Shown one piece after another: positions 1 through 10,739 of a DNA stretch of 64,000 nt. The notes beneath the pieces are model-generated. The model saw nothing but the letters and a program-made list of their open reading frames with translations, had not been told where the DNA came from and made no database searches. Positions within the stretch are counted from its first letter, which is position 1. Each line of letters begins with the position of its first letter. The stretch lies in sequence record SRR31156797_9223; one strand, 5' to 3'. Made by a program: the position numbers and the translations under genes.

Positions 1-62
1 CCGCACTTCCAATGGAAAAGGGATTTTGAGTCCCTCGTGTCTACCAATTCCACCACTTCGGC
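1..62 (-). tRNA. tRNA-Leu (anticodon CAA), 3' end cut off by the window edge
   Basis: Reverse complement reads GCCGAAGTGGTGGAATTGGTAGACACG-AGGGA-CT-CAA-AA-TCCCT-long variable arm (TTCC-ATT-GGAA)-GTGCGG. The D-loop GG, 5-bp anticodon stem and class II variable arm are visible. Confidence 0.95.
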
Positions 63-225
63 AAAAAAATCTGGAAAAGAGATGTAATATTAAGGTAATT
101 TACACGTAATTGTCAATAAAAACAAAGCTGACAGTGATATATATTAATATTAGGTTTTTATTGATTTTATTGTTTAAAACTACTTAATTTGATAGTATAA
201 GTAATAAAACATTCAATGGATTAAA

Positions 226-2385
226 ATGAGAAAATATTTTATTTTATTAATATTATTAATTGTGTTTGCGGTTACAAATTCTGGTTGGACAGAAGACTTA
301 CGCATCCGTGTAGGTGTCTATCAAAATTACCCACTCATGTTTAAAGCTGATAACGGGGACGCATCCGGGTTCGGTTACGATATTCTCAATGAGTTAGCGG
401 AGCGAGAAGGGTGGGAGCTTGATTTCGTTTTTGGCACATGGTCAGAGACTTTTAACAGAGTTAAGAAAGGCGATGTTGACATTATTTTCCCTGTTGGTTT
501 CTCTTTAGAAAGAACCAAAATAATCCAATATAACAGCAATAATATAGTCAGTAACTGGGGACAGGTATATTTGCGTAAAGGTGTAGAAGCTCAGAGTATG
601 CTCGACCTAAACGGTAAAAAAATTGCAGTCCTTAAAGATGATATATACTACACAGGTAAAAGCGGAATGAAGCAGCTTGCTGCTGCGTTTAATATAGACG
701 TAGATTATTATGAGGTTGAAACCTACTCCGAGGTATTTGAAGCTCTATCACACAGTTACGCTGACGCAGGTCTTGTAAATCGTTTTTATGGTTTGACTAA
801 TTCTGATAAATATCCCGTAGATAAGAGTACCATTCTCATTCATCCGGTTGAGGTTCGTTTCGCCCTCGCTAAAGATAACCCGAAGTCTTTTAAAATAATT
901 GCTAAACTTGACCCTTTTATAAAGGAAATGAAGCATAAGGAAGGGACGAGCTACTATAATTCTTATCAGAAATGGATAAGCAGAGCGACAAAGAAAAGTG
1001 ATTTTCATATGGTCAAACTATTTGCGGTGGTTCTTGTTTTCCCTGTTTTTCTGATCATATTTGTTGTTTTCCTGCTTAGAGCGGAGATAAGACGTAAGAC
1101 AAACGAGCTTATGAGCAAAAATAAAGAGCTTCAGGTTGAGATTGAAGAGAGAGAGCGGGCTCAGGCGGAACTTCGTGAAAATCAGGAGAAATACAGCACA
1201 CTTTTTAATACATCATATAATCCTATTGCGATCATTTCTGAGGACGGAAGCATAGTTGACGTTAACGGAGAGATGGTTTCTCAGTTCGGTTACGAACGAG
1301 AGGAATTATTAAAGATGTTCATTGAAATGCTTGTTACGGAAGGTTATATTCACCGTGTTCAGGAGATAATCAACAAGATGACAAAGACCAAAAAGTGGTC
1401 TTTTGAGCTTGATTTCGTTAAGTCTTGGGGTGACGTTTTTAATGCTGAGATATCAGCTAGCCGGCTAGAAGTTTCTGGGCAGACGTTCATCCAGCTTGTT
1501 ATTATGGATGTTACATCCCGCAAGAAGGCGAGCGAACTTCTTAACAGAAGACAAGAATATCTTGAGAATAAGGTGGAGCAGGAAGTTCATAGAAGGCGCC
1601 AAAACGAAAGGCTTATGATGCAGCAGTCTAAGATGGCGGCAATGGGACAGATGATGAGTGCAATAGCGCACCAGTGGCGTCAACCACTTAACACTATTGC
1701 GATTTATATACAGGATTTTGAGGATTCATTTAAGCATAATGAGCTTGATGAATCTTACCTCTCAGAGTTGGTTAATTTGTCTATGAAGCAGATTAACTTT
1801 ATGTCTAAAACTATTGATGATTTTAAAAATTTCTTTAAACCTGACAAGGATGAGAAGGTATTTGAGGTCTGCAAAGAGACTATGAGTGCCATAGCTCTTC
1901 TCGGTGTTCAGCTAGTTAAGAATAATGTCAAGCTGGTGCTGAATTGTAACGGACACAGGATATCATTTGATAAGGCTGAAGAGGTTGCTTGTGAAGGAGA
2001 TAAGTGCACTTACGTGAAAGGTTTTCCTAACGAGTACAAGCAGGTTCTGCTTAACTTAGTCCAGAATGCGCGTGACTCTATTGAGGAGCGGTTCGGGGAA
2101 AAGATCAATGGAGTGATCGAGGTCGGTGTACTTGAACTCGACGCTTCGGTGATTATCTACGTTACTGATAATGGTTTAGGGATACCAAATGATGTCGCAG
2201 AGAGAATCTTCGAGCCGTACTTTACCACCAAAGAAGAGGGCAAGGGGACCGGCGTAGGGCTTTACATGTCAAAGATTATTATCGAGCAGAATATGAAGGG
2301 GCGTCTCTATTTCGAAAGGCTTGAAGAAGGTACAAAATTCGTTATAGAAATCCGTAAATTCAAAGAGCCTACTGCTGTAGAATAA
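226..2385 (+). CDS. Sensor histidine kinase: periplasmic amino-acid-binding (SBP family 3-like) domain, TM, PAS, HisKA, HATPase
   Basis: N-terminal signal/TM, SBP_bac_3-like domain, second TM, PAS-like region, H-box [10 protein letters not shown]-box [21 protein letters not shown] and GTGVGL. Confidence 0.9.
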   Translation: MRKYFILLILLIVFAVTNSGWTEDLRIRVGVYQNYPLMFKADNGDASGFGYDILNELAEREGWELDFVFGTWSETFNRVKKGDVDIIFPVGFSLERTKIIQYNSNNIVSNWGQVYLRKGVEAQSMLDLNGKKIAVLKDDIYYTGKSGMKQLAAAFNIDVDYYEVETYSEVFEALSHSYADAGLVNRFYGLTNSDKYPVDKSTILIHPVEVRFALAKDNPKSFKIIAKLDPFIKEMKHKEGTSYYNSYQKWISRATKKSDFHMVKLFAVVLVFPVFLIIFVVFLLRAEIRRKTNELMSKNKELQVEIEERERAQAELRENQEKYSTLFNTSYNPIAIISEDGSIVDVNGEMVSQFGYEREELLKMFIEMLVTEGYIHRVQEIINKMTKTKKWSFELDFVKSWGDVFNAEISASRLEVSGQTFIQLVIMDVTSRKKASELLNRRQEYLENKVEQEVHRRRQNERLMMQQSKMAAMGQMMSAIAHQWRQPLNTIAIYIQDFEDSFKHNELDESYLSELVNLSMKQINFMSKTIDDFKNFFKPDKDEKVFEVCKETMSAIALLGVQLVKNNVKLVLNCNGHRISFDKAEEVACEGDKCTYVKGFPNEYKQVLLNLVQNARDSIEERFGEKINGVIEVGVLELDASVIIYVTDNGLGIPNDVAERIFEPYFTTKEEGKGTGVGLYMSKIIIEQNMKGRLYFERLEEGTKFVIEIRKFKEPTAVE

Positions 2386-3871
2386 AAACGACTCCGCTCT
2401 GTATCGCTCCTAAAATAAAACCTATAATAAAGCCGAGTATATTTATCCACCTGAAACTGTCTTTCATAAATGAGAATAGTAGGTTTTCAACTTCGTAAAG
2501 GTTTAGGGAGTTGATTCTGTCCTCGGTTATCTTAGGGAAATTAATCGCTTCAAGCATCTTCGGTGTATTCTTTTCAACAACTTTATTTATCTCTGAAAGC
2601 AGAGACATTTTTATAGCGTAAAAGAGTTTTTTAGGGATAACAGAGTAAACGTTTTTAAGTTGTATCTTCCCTGAAAGGGCAGCAAGGTAGTCCGCTATCG
2701 AAGCTATATCCAGACTAAATTTTCCAGCAATATTTTCCTCTACAGCGTTTTTCATATCGAGTCCTTCGAGGATTTCACCGAGAGTTTTGTCAGAGTTTGC
2801 TTTGATCATCTCGTTGATCATACCGGATATTTTAGCAGAAAAATCACCGGAATCGAGTGTCCCTTTAGCGGCGGAGACCACAGAGCCTCTGAGCTGAAAC
2901 AGAGCCTCAAGACCTATCGCATCCGCATGTGAATAGAGCGGTTTATCGATTATTCCTTTAATGTATTCTTCAATAGTATCAGTTATTTTTCCCTTAACTT
3001 CCTCGCTGTTGCGAACAGAAGTTATGAGTGTCGGCAGATACTGATCAACAAGCTCAGTGATACTGTCTTCGTTCATAAACATGTTCAGAACACCAAGCTT
3101 AACCTGATCGACTGTGCCATCAGTAAAATGATTATTTTTTATATCTACAAGTGATCTACTCACTTTTTTACGAGTTTCAGGGTCTGACATCGCCTTATCG
3201 AGCGAGTCGAGTATTTTGTTGGTAATAAACTGAGAAAACTGCCCGGTTTTAGATGTGATACTATCCGGGACGATATCACCTAAGCTTTTACCAGACATGA
3301 CAAAATTGTTTATGGATGCTGATATGCTGTTCACTACTTCATTTTGTATGTGTCCAGTTGCCAGGATGGATTCCACGCCTTCTTTTATCTTGTCAGAATA
3401 TTGCTCAAGATCGCCTATTTTAAAGGAGTATATCTCACCTGTTATTCTTGATTTGATTTCATTGATAAAACTGTCAAGTACACCGTCAGAGTTGATCGCC
3501 TCGAGTAGTGCAGAGATGGCAACTTTACTTTTTAATCCAGTTTTTTCGATAATATGTTCAAGCGTGCCGAAGTCTTTTTCGAGGAAAGTCTGAAGCTCAG
3601 ATTCTACTGCTTTTTCAAGTTTTTCCTGCATGTTTTCAGAGAAAAAAGCGGACTGTATATCGTCCTGTCTGAGAAGTTTATCACCAACAAGAACGCCTAT
3701 TTCACCAGCAAGCTTTCCTCTGTTTTTAGGGATAACACCCTGCCACCCGAAGGAGAGAAGGCTTTTCTTATGCGGGCGGAAAAGCATCTTTATCGCAAGC
3801 CAGTTAGTACAGTAACCCACCATGCCCGTTACAAGTGGAGTGGCTATTAAGCTATATATTTGCGATTGCAA
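2369..3871 (-). CDS. DUF445 (YheB-like) membrane protein
   Basis: N-terminal VGYCTNWLAIKMLFRP...QGVIPK and C-terminal WINILGFIIGFILGAIQ, typical of DUF445. Confidence 0.85.
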   Translation of the reverse strand: MQSQIYSLIATPLVTGMVGYCTNWLAIKMLFRPHKKSLLSFGWQGVIPKNRGKLAGEIGVLVGDKLLRQDDIQSAFFSENMQEKLEKAVESELQTFLEKDFGTLEHIIEKTGLKSKVAISALLEAINSDGVLDSFINEIKSRITGEIYSFKIGDLEQYSDKIKEGVESILATGHIQNEVVNSISASINNFVMSGKSLGDIVPDSITSKTGQFSQFITNKILDSLDKAMSDPETRKKVSRSLVDIKNNHFTDGTVDQVKLGVLNMFMNEDSITELVDQYLPTLITSVRNSEEVKGKITDTIEEYIKGIIDKPLYSHADAIGLEALFQLRGSVVSAAKGTLDSGDFSAKISGMINEMIKANSDKTLGEILEGLDMKNAVEENIAGKFSLDIASIADYLAALSGKIQLKNVYSVIPKKLFYAIKMSLLSEINKVVEKNTPKMLEAINFPKITEDRINSLNLYEVENLLFSFMKDSFRWINILGFIIGFILGAIQSGVVFILQQ

Positions 3872-4766
3872 TTGCTAACCCCTCTCTTAGTCCGTAGTCG
3901 GAAACTTTTAGGTCGTAAACGCCAACCATATTCATAAGCTCGCCTGTTATAACTATGCCCGGGATAATAACTTCCTCTCGTCCTTTTTCCATACCGGCAA
4001 CGTTTATACGTTCTTCCGCTGTCATAGCTGCAAGCTTGTCGTAGTGCTTTTTTATCTTTTCGATTGAGATGGTATACCCGTTCACCTTCTCCTGATCGTA
4101 GTCAGTCATCTCCATGTCCATCGCCGCAAGGGTTGTAGGTGTTCCAGCAGATCCGATGAGCATCTCAGGTTTGCAATCGAGTGTTCTGATAACTTCGTCC
4201 ATAACGCCGAAAAGAGGGATGCGCATTCTGTCCATATCTTCCGGATTTACTGGCTCTTTAAAGCTGTACATCTCAGCCATTTTAACAACGCCCATAGGAA
4301 CACTTATCCCTGCACGACCTTTTTCAGGATCGGAATAGATAAATTCTGTGGAGCCGCCGCCAATGTCGAACATGAGAACTTTCTTGCCATTAACATCAAT
4401 ACCAGCAGTGACACCGTCATAGATGAGCCCCGCTTCTGTATCTCCGTCGATAACTTCAATTTTAAGCCCAAGCTCACCAGCACTATCTATAAGAAGCTGA
4501 GAGTTTGTCGCTTCTCTTACAGCACTTGTGGCTACTGCGTGCGCTCTATGTACGTTAAATGCATTTATGGTTACTACGAAGTCCTTGAGAGCTTCCATAG
4601 TGCGTTCGATAGCTCCGTCGCTTAGAACTCCTTGGGAGTTCAGCACTTCTGCCAGCTTAGTTATATGTCTTTTGCGATAGATGATTTCTTTGATCTTTCT
4701 GCCTTCCACCTCAGCGATGAGGAGCCTGACAGCGTTTGAGCCTATGTCGATGGCTGCTACTTTCAT
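3852..4766 (-). CDS. ppx: Ppx/GppA exopolyphosphatase family protein
   Basis: AAIDIGSNAVRL, ATSAVREATN, DIGGGSTE and GLREG motifs. Start moved to ATG 4766, which follows an AAGGA SD. Confidence 0.9.
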   Translation of the reverse strand: MKVAAIDIGSNAVRLLIAEVEGRKIKEIIYRKRHITKLAEVLNSQGVLSDGAIERTMEALKDFVVTINAFNVHRAHAVATSAVREATNSQLLIDSAGELGLKIEVIDGDTEAGLIYDGVTAGIDVNGKKVLMFDIGGGSTEFIYSDPEKGRAGISVPMGVVKMAEMYSFKEPVNPEDMDRMRIPLFGVMDEVIRTLDCKPEMLIGSAGTPTTLAAMDMEMTDYDQEKVNGYTISIEKIKKHYDKLAAMTAEERINVAGMEKGREEVIIPGIVITGELMNMVGVYDLKVSDYGLREGLAIAIANI

Positions 4767-4779
4767 ATGATTATCCTTA

Positions 4780-5781
4780 TCAACGGCGTCTTTTCTGATG
4801 CCAGTTGACTTTGTTGGTGTGTTCTCTGTAGTTAGTTGAAAAGATATGTTTTCTATTTTTGTCTGCAACAAAATAGAGGAATTTTGTATATGCCGGGTTC
4901 ACGGCTGCATCAAGTGCGACTTTTGATGGGTTACAGATCGGAGTCGGTGGCAGTCCGTTTATTTTATAAGTATTATAAGGGTTTTTGCTATCCCTTAAGT
5001 CTTTCTTTTTGATATTTCCGTCGAACTCAGGATAGAGCCCGTAAATTATAGTCGGATCAGCTTGCAGGCGCATACGGTATTTCAGTCTATTGTGAAATAC
5101 AGACGAGATGAGCGGTGCTTCTGTCTGGTCATATGTTTCTTTCTGAATGATAGAGGCTAAAATTACCGCCTCATATCTGCTTAACCCTAGTTTTTCCGCC
5201 TTTTCATCGAAATCGTCCGGAAGTAGTTTGAGGAATGCCTGATACATGGATGATGCAACAAACTTCGGCGCAGATTTCGGTGGGAAAAAGTATGTGTCCG
5301 GATATAGGAAGCCCTCAAGGGTGGAGTATTCCTGACCTGTAAGATTCTTGATAAATGACTTATCTTTAACGGTTTTGAGAAAACCTGATGCACTCTCTAC
5401 TATGCGCTCAGATACCCTGTTGGATACGTCATAAATGTTGTACCCTTCAGGAATCGTTACCTTCATAGTTGACTGACGACCCTTCATCACAGCATCTATA
5501 ACACGGCGAACAGGTAGTTCGTCAGCACGGTAGTAGCCGTATTTCATGTTGCGGTCGAGTTTAACTTTTTTGATGAGATACTGCCTGAAAAGGGGCGGAG
5601 TCTCAAGGTGCTCAAAGAGTCTTTTGTATAGCCCGTTGAAAGTGGAGTTCGGCTTTATCTCAAGCTCTATGGTCACAATGGTATTATCTAAAAACTTCTC
5701 ACATTTCACGATCCATAGACCAGCTATTGATGTAATTAGAAAGGCCGCCAAAACAGCGGCCATACCTATATATTTAAGCAT
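4780..5781 (-). CDS. mltG: Endolytic transglycosylase MltG (YceG)
   Basis: TIPEG, LEGFLYPDTY, LASIIQKE, LQADPT and NPYNTYKINGLPPTPI motifs; N-terminal TM. Confidence 0.95.
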   Translation of the reverse strand: MLKYIGMAAVLAAFLITSIAGLWIVKCEKFLDNTIVTIELEIKPNSTFNGLYKRLFEHLETPPLFRQYLIKKVKLDRNMKYGYYRADELPVRRVIDAVMKGRQSTMKVTIPEGYNIYDVSNRVSERIVESASGFLKTVKDKSFIKNLTGQEYSTLEGFLYPDTYFFPPKSAPKFVASSMYQAFLKLLPDDFDEKAEKLGLSRYEAVILASIIQKETYDQTEAPLISSVFHNRLKYRMRLQADPTIIYGLYPEFDGNIKKKDLRDSKNPYNTYKINGLPPTPICNPSKVALDAAVNPAYTKFLYFVADKNRKHIFSTNYREHTNKVNWHQKRRR

Positions 5782-5783
5782 TG

Positions 5784-6902
5784 TTACTTGTTAGAGTCGA
5801 CCATGTCGATGAACCTCTTAAAGAGGTAAACAGCGTCCTGCGGTCCGGGACCGTTCTCAGGGTGATACTGCACGGAGAAGAGCGGATAGTCCTTGTGCTT
5901 AAGCCCCTCTACGGTTTCATCGTTAAGGTTTATGTGTGTAACCTCTACTCTGTCGCCGAGTGATTCAACATCTACGGCGAAACAGTGGTTCTGAGGTGTG
6001 ATTTCAACTCTGCCGGTTTCGAGGTCTTTCACAGGCTGATTTCCGCCGTGGTGACCGAATTTAAGCTTGTAAGTTTTACCGCCGAGAGCGAGACCGAGTA
6101 TCTGGTTGCCTAGGCAGATTCCGAAAGTAGGGTACTTTTCAAGAATTAGCTTAGCGGTTTCTATTCCGTATGTAACAGGCTCCGGGTCCCCAGGACCGTT
6201 AGAGAGGAAAACGCCGTCAGGGTTGAGCGCTTCTATTTCGCTGAAAGGAGTAGATGCAGGTACAACAGTCACCTTGCAACCTTCGTCAGCGAAGTAGCGG
6301 AGTATGTTCTTCTTTATACCGAAATCTACGGCAACGATGTGTCTTTTCGGGCTTTCGCAGTCGGTGTAGCCATCTTCGAGAGTCCATGTTTTCTGTGTCC
6401 ACTCGTAAGTCTCTTTTGTGGAAACTTCTTTGACGTAATCCTGACCTTCGATGCTAGGCATGTCAGCCGCCATCTGCTTAAGCTTTTCAACGTCGTCGAT
6501 CTCGGTGGAGATCACAGCGTTCATTGAGCCTTCTTCACGGATGTGGCGCACGAGCATGCGGGTGTCGATACCTTCGATACCGATTGTGCCTTGTTCTTTC
6601 AGGAATTCACCGAGGGATTTGTCCGCACGGTAGTTGCTGTAAAGCTGGCTATATTCTTTCACTATGAAAGCTGAAAGCCAAACCTGATCGGACTCGAAGT
6701 CGTCCGTATTGATTCCGTAGTTACCGATGAGAGGGTAGGTCATAGCCACCATCTGACCGAAGTATGAAGGGTCTGTGAGGATCTCCTGATAGCCTGACAT
6801 GGAAGTGTTGAAAACAACCTCGCCGGTCTTAGTGCCCTCTGCACCAAAGCTTTCCCCTTCGAAAACAGTTCCGTCTGAAAGTACAAGATACGCTTTATTC
6901 AT
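5784..6902 (-). CDS. carA: Carbamoyl-phosphate synthase small subunit
   Basis: [34 protein letters not shown] and QYHPE motifs. Confidence 0.98.
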   Translation of the reverse strand: MNKAYLVLSDGTVFEGESFGAEGTKTGEVVFNTSMSGYQEILTDPSYFGQMVAMTYPLIGNYGINTDDFESDQVWLSAFIVKEYSQLYSNYRADKSLGEFLKEQGTIGIEGIDTRMLVRHIREEGSMNAVISTEIDDVEKLKQMAADMPSIEGQDYVKEVSTKETYEWTQKTWTLEDGYTDCESPKRHIVAVDFGIKKNILRYFADEGCKVTVVPASTPFSEIEALNPDGVFLSNGPGDPEPVTYGIETAKLILEKYPTFGICLGNQILGLALGGKTYKLKFGHHGGNQPVKDLETGRVEITPQNHCFAVDVESLGDRVEVTHINLNDETVEGLKHKDYPLFSVQYHPENGPGPQDAVYLFKRFIDMVDSNK

Positions 6903-7015
6903 TAATTAAACCTCGCCCGTTTAGGGATAATCTATTAAACATTTTACTATACTATATTACTGGACAAACTTGAAGGATTTTAGAGAATTCTGTGAAATTT
7001 GCAAGGGGTAAGATT

Positions 7016-7137
7016 GTCATTCTGAGAAACGTAGTGGCGAAGAATCTTATCCCGTATAGTCACAAACAAGTTTATAGGCTTGTGAATGACAGCGGTGGTA
7101 TCAGATTGCCACGTCGGACAAGCCTCCTCGCAATGAC
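7016..7137. repeat. Palindromic REP/MITE-like element, copy 1 (GTCATT...AATGAC ends)
   Basis: Starts GTCATTCTGAG...GAAGAATCT and ends AGATTGCCACGTCGG...CCTCCTCGCAATGAC. The 3' ~90 bp is homologous to 7268-7362. Confidence 0.8.
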
Positions 7138-7149
7138 GATAATGGACAC

Positions 7150-7183
7150 AAAAAAAGCCGACACTCGTTAAAGCATCGGCTCT
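7150..7183 (-). terminator. Intrinsic terminator downstream of gap
   Basis: Minus strand AGCCGATGC-loop-GTGTCGGCT followed by a T-run. Confidence 0.75.
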
Positions 7184-7200
7184 GGTTGATTACATATATT

Positions 7201-7362
7201 GTCATTTAGAGGTCTTTAGCCCGAAGCTTCGGAGCGTAGCGGAGAATGGCGAACTTGTTTCGCCTTCATCTTATCCTTACAGAATCACTAACAAGCTTAT
7301 AAACTTGTTAATGCTGATAGTGGGATCAGATTGCCACGTCGGCTTTGCCTCCTCACAATGAC
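7201..7362. repeat. Palindromic REP/MITE-like element, copy 2, with extra internal hairpins
   Basis: GTCATT...AATGAC ends. Shares TCTTATCC...ACAAG-TTATA-CTTGT...ATCAGATTGCCACGTCGG...GCCTCCTC-CAATGAC with copy 1, and adds CCGAAGCTTCGG and GGCGAA...TTCGCC hairpins. Confidence 0.8.
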
Positions 7363-7373
7363 GGCAGAGGTAT

Positions 7374-8819
7374 TTACACTCTCTCTGGGTATGTCTTAAG
7401 GCGAAGACCGCAGAGGTATTCAGCGATTCTGTTCACCTGACGGCTGTAGCCGTACTCATTGTCATACCAAACGTAAACAACAGCTCTGTTGCCGTCTACG
7501 ATAGTTGCGAGTCCGTCAACTATACCGGAGAACTTATTACCTACGAAGTCAGTAGATACAACTTCCGGTGAGTTCACATATCCGATCTGGTCGGAGTTTG
7601 GCGAATCGAGTGATCTGTCTCTGATGTATTTGTTAAGCTCGTCCTTAGTTGTCTCTTTCTCAAGTGTAAGGTTGAGGATAGCGAGTGAAACGTTTGGGGT
7701 AGGGACACGGATAGCATTACCGGTAAGCTTGCCGGCGAGCTCAGGGAGTGCTTTTGCAACAGCCTTCGCAGCACCTGTTTCAGTGATAACCATGTTAAGT
7801 GGTGCGCTTCTTCCTCTTCTGTCTGATTTGTGATAGTTGTCGATAAGGTTTTGGTCGTTAGTGAATGAGTGGCAAGTTTCAACGTGACCGTTAACTATGC
7901 CGAATCCGTCATTTATAGCTTTAAGCGTAGGAGCGATTGCGTTTGTAGTACAGCTAGCCGCTGTGATGATTCTCTGCTCAGGCTTGAGGATCTTCTGGTT
8001 AATACCGTAAACGATGTTAGGGAGATCGCCTTTACCAGGTGCGGTGAGGATAACTTTGTCGATACCTTTTACAAGGTGATTGGAAAGTCCTTCTTCATCT
8101 CTCCACTTACCTGTGTTGTCGATAAGGATAGCCTTGTCTATGCCGTATTTTGTGTAGTCGATTTCTGATGGGTCGTTAGCGAAGATAAACTTGATGTAGT
8201 TACCGTTAACGATGATAGCGTCTTCTTCCTCTTTAACGAGGATAGTCCCTTCAAATGTTCCGTGTACGGAGTCTCTGCGGAGGAGTGAAGCACGCTTTGC
8301 GAGGTCTTTCTTAGCAGTTGCACGAACAACAACAGCCTTGATGCGAAGCCCTCTGGATGCACCGGAACGGTTAACGAGGATTCTAGCCATGAGGCGACCG
8401 ATACGACCGAAACCGTAAAGGACTACGTCTCTGTCTTCACGCTCGTCTTTAACGCCTGTGTTTACTTCTGCGAGTTCTTTCTGAACAAAAGCTTCTATAG
8501 GTTCAGATTTGTTTGTCTTCTCATAGTTTGCGTAGAGTCTTCCTATGTCAACTGTGCAAGGGCAAAGCTCAAGCTCTGCTATAGCCTTTAATACAGGTGA
8601 TGTCTCTCTTACGGAAAGCTCGTGATCTATGATAAGTCTTGAGTATCTGTGTGATTTAAGGATATTTACAGGGTCTTTCTTTACTAGGGACTGGCTGAAG
8701 AGGCGTACGACCACTCCACGTTCTCTGTAAAGTTTTGTGATGAGGGGGACCATCTCCGATGCGATGTCCTCTCTCTCGTTCCAGTCATTAATATAGACTT
8801 CGGTATTTACGTTGCTCAT
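7374..8819 (-). CDS. gap: Glyceraldehyde-3-phosphate dehydrogenase, long form with ~125-aa N-terminal extension
   Basis: GFGRIGR, catalytic ASCTTN, RVPTPNVS and WYDNEYGY motifs. Confidence 0.95.
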   Translation of the reverse strand: MSNVNTEVYINDWNEREDIASEMVPLITKLYRERGVVVRLFSQSLVKKDPVNILKSHRYSRLIIDHELSVRETSPVLKAIAELELCPCTVDIGRLYANYEKTNKSEPIEAFVQKELAEVNTGVKDEREDRDVVLYGFGRIGRLMARILVNRSGASRGLRIKAVVVRATAKKDLAKRASLLRRDSVHGTFEGTILVKEEEDAIIVNGNYIKFIFANDPSEIDYTKYGIDKAILIDNTGKWRDEEGLSNHLVKGIDKVILTAPGKGDLPNIVYGINQKILKPEQRIITAASCTTNAIAPTLKAINDGFGIVNGHVETCHSFTNDQNLIDNYHKSDRRGRSAPLNMVITETGAAKAVAKALPELAGKLTGNAIRVPTPNVSLAILNLTLEKETTKDELNKYIRDRSLDSPNSDQIGYVNSPEVVSTDFVGNKFSGIVDGLATIVDGNRAVVYVWYDNEYGYSRQVNRIAEYLCGLRLKTYPERV

Positions 8820-9021
8820 TCGCGGCTCCTATATATGTTATTAAATTGTTAATAATAATTTTGGATTATAAATACCACATTATAGGAAAAACAAAAGAGG
8901 AAATATTTATTATTGAAATTTCCTATAGCTATTTGAGTATTTTTCGTTAAAAACATTGACCTGTATAAGCTTATTCGTTATGATTTTAGACTCTTTAAAG
9001 ACACTAAAACGGATGGTAAAT

Positions 9022-9891
9022 ATGACCGCCAAAAGCATGACCGGATACGGAAAAATCACCACTAGCAATGAACTCTGCGATCTGAAAATTGAGATGAAAT
9101 CTGTGAATAGCAGATATTTCGACTGTAATATAAGGATGCCGAGACTTTTTAATTTCATAGAGATAAACCTTAAAAACAAATCAAAAGAGATACTTACAAG
9201 GGGTAAGGTTGATATTAACATCGATCTTAAGCTTAAAAAACAGCAGTATAAGCCAGTCCTCAGAGAAGAGGCTGTGCAGAGCTATATGTCCATTTTCGAT
9301 AGCCTGAAAGATAAATTCGGCATCGAAGGCGAAGTTAAGCTTGAGCACATACTTAACTTCAACGACATCCTCGAATCTGAAGAGGCTGACGATGTTGGCG
9401 AAAAGCTAGGTGAGTTTGTCCTCGCTACTGTTATCGAATGTGCTGAAAGCCTTGACGGTATGCGTGCGGAAGAGGGTGATAACCTTGCTAAAGACATGCT
9501 CGAAAGACTCGATATACTAAAAGATATAGCAAAAGATATAGATGAGAACAGAGCTGGTGTTTTCGAACACTGGAAAGAGCGTTTCACTAAGCGCATAAAT
9601 GAGATGGGAGTTACTGACGAAGAGCGTATCGTTCAGGAAGCTGCCATAATGGGTGAAAAGGCTGATATTCAGGAGGAGATCACGAGGATTGATTCTCATA
9701 TTGAGCAGTTCACCAAAATACTTAATACAGAACCTGCATGTGGAAAGAAACTTGATTTCATGTGTCAGGAGCTTAACAGAGAATTTAATACCATTGGCTC
9801 CAAGAGTGGAAAAACTGGTATAATAAATAATGTAGTTCAGGCGAAAAGCGAGATCGAAAAAATCAGAGAGCAGGTGCAAAATCTGGTATGA
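9022..9891 (+). CDS. yicC: YicC/YloC family endoribonuclease
   Basis: KSMTGYG, SVNSRY, RGKVD, ELNREFNTIGSK and EKIREQVQN motifs. Start set at ATG 9022. Confidence 0.93.
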   Translation: MTAKSMTGYGKITTSNELCDLKIEMKSVNSRYFDCNIRMPRLFNFIEINLKNKSKEILTRGKVDINIDLKLKKQQYKPVLREEAVQSYMSIFDSLKDKFGIEGEVKLEHILNFNDILESEEADDVGEKLGEFVLATVIECAESLDGMRAEEGDNLAKDMLERLDILKDIAKDIDENRAGVFEHWKERFTKRINEMGVTDEERIVQEAAIMGEKADIQEEITRIDSHIEQFTKILNTEPACGKKLDFMCQELNREFNTIGSKSGKTGIINNVVQAKSEIEKIREQVQNLV

Positions 9892-10499
9892 GATTTAATA
9901 AGGGTAAACTTTTTGTCGTTAGCGCCCCGAGTGGTGCTGGCAAGACAACTTTATGCAACAGGCTTTTAGGCAGGTTTGACACCATAGGGTATTCCGTGTC
10001 ATACACAACCCGTACGCCTAGACATGACGAGACGGACACTGAGGATTATTACTTCATCACTGAAGAAGAATTTCAGGCGATGATAGACAGAGATGAATTT
10101 CTCGAGTGGGCGAAAGTGCATAACAACTATTACGGCACTTCACGCATACGTGTTGAGGAGATTCTCGGCACAGGTAGAGATGTACTCCTCGACATCGACC
10201 CGAAAGGTGCACGCCAGCTCCGTCAGAAGCTCGATTACGGGATTTATGTCTTCATAACTGCACCTTCTATGGAAGATTTGCGCATAAGGCTTATTAATAG
10301 AAGGACAGAGGACGAAGAGATTATGAAGGTGAGGCTTGATAACGCTAAAGAAGAAGTTAAGCACATCCACGAGTACGATTATATCATCGTTAACAGCGAG
10401 ATAAATAAGGCTACTAATGAGCTCGAGGCGGTATACATCGCTGAGCACCTTAAGGCCGATACAGTAAATTCTATACACGACATTATGGAGGTAGATTAA
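9888..10499 (+). CDS. gmk: Guanylate kinase
   Basis: SAPSGAGKTT P-loop, SYTTRTPR and NYYGT motifs; follows yicC. Confidence 0.97.
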   Translation: MRFNKGKLFVVSAPSGAGKTTLCNRLLGRFDTIGYSVSYTTRTPRHDETDTEDYYFITEEEFQAMIDRDEFLEWAKVHNNYYGTSRIRVEEILGTGRDVLLDIDPKGARQLRQKLDYGIYVFITAPSMEDLRIRLINRRTEDEEIMKVRLDNAKEEVKHIHEYDYIIVNSEINKATNELEAVYIAEHLKADTVNSIHDIMEVD

Positions 10500-10739
10500 G
10501 TGCCATTACTTGATATTGAAAATGTAATTAAAAAAGATGATCTGAACAGCCGTTTTAAGCTTGTTCATATCGCAGGTCTCAGAGCGAGAGAGCTCAACAC
10601 ACCAGAAGAGGGTTCTGCTCCCAGACAGAACGACGACCATAACAAAGTGACGACTACTGCTCTTGATGAAATCATCAGAAGCCAGATAGTTTTCGAAAAA
10701 CTTCCAGACGAAGACGAGCTTGAGCAAATAGATGAGTAA
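10500..10739 (+). CDS. rpoZ: RNA polymerase omega subunit
   Basis: SRFKLVHIAGLRAREL...ALDEI; conserved gmk-rpoZ-coaBC order; GTG start after a GGAGG SD. Confidence 0.9.
   Translation: MPLLDIENVIKKDDLNSRFKLVHIAGLRARELNTPEEGSAPRQNDDHNKVTTTALDEIIRSQIVFEKLPDEDELEQIDE

Noticed and set aside
1-225. tRNA-Leu as an island integration site
   Set aside because: Its 3' end points out of the window, and no integrase or duplicated tRNA fragment was seen here.
7016-7362. Possible CRISPR array or riboswitch upstream of carA
   Set aside because: Only two long, diverged units with no regular repeat-spacer period and no cas genes. No PyrR-type or riboswitch consensus was recognised.
7374-8819. N-terminally extended GAPDH as a novelty
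   Set aside because: ~480-aa GAPDHs with this kind of extension are an already known subfamily.
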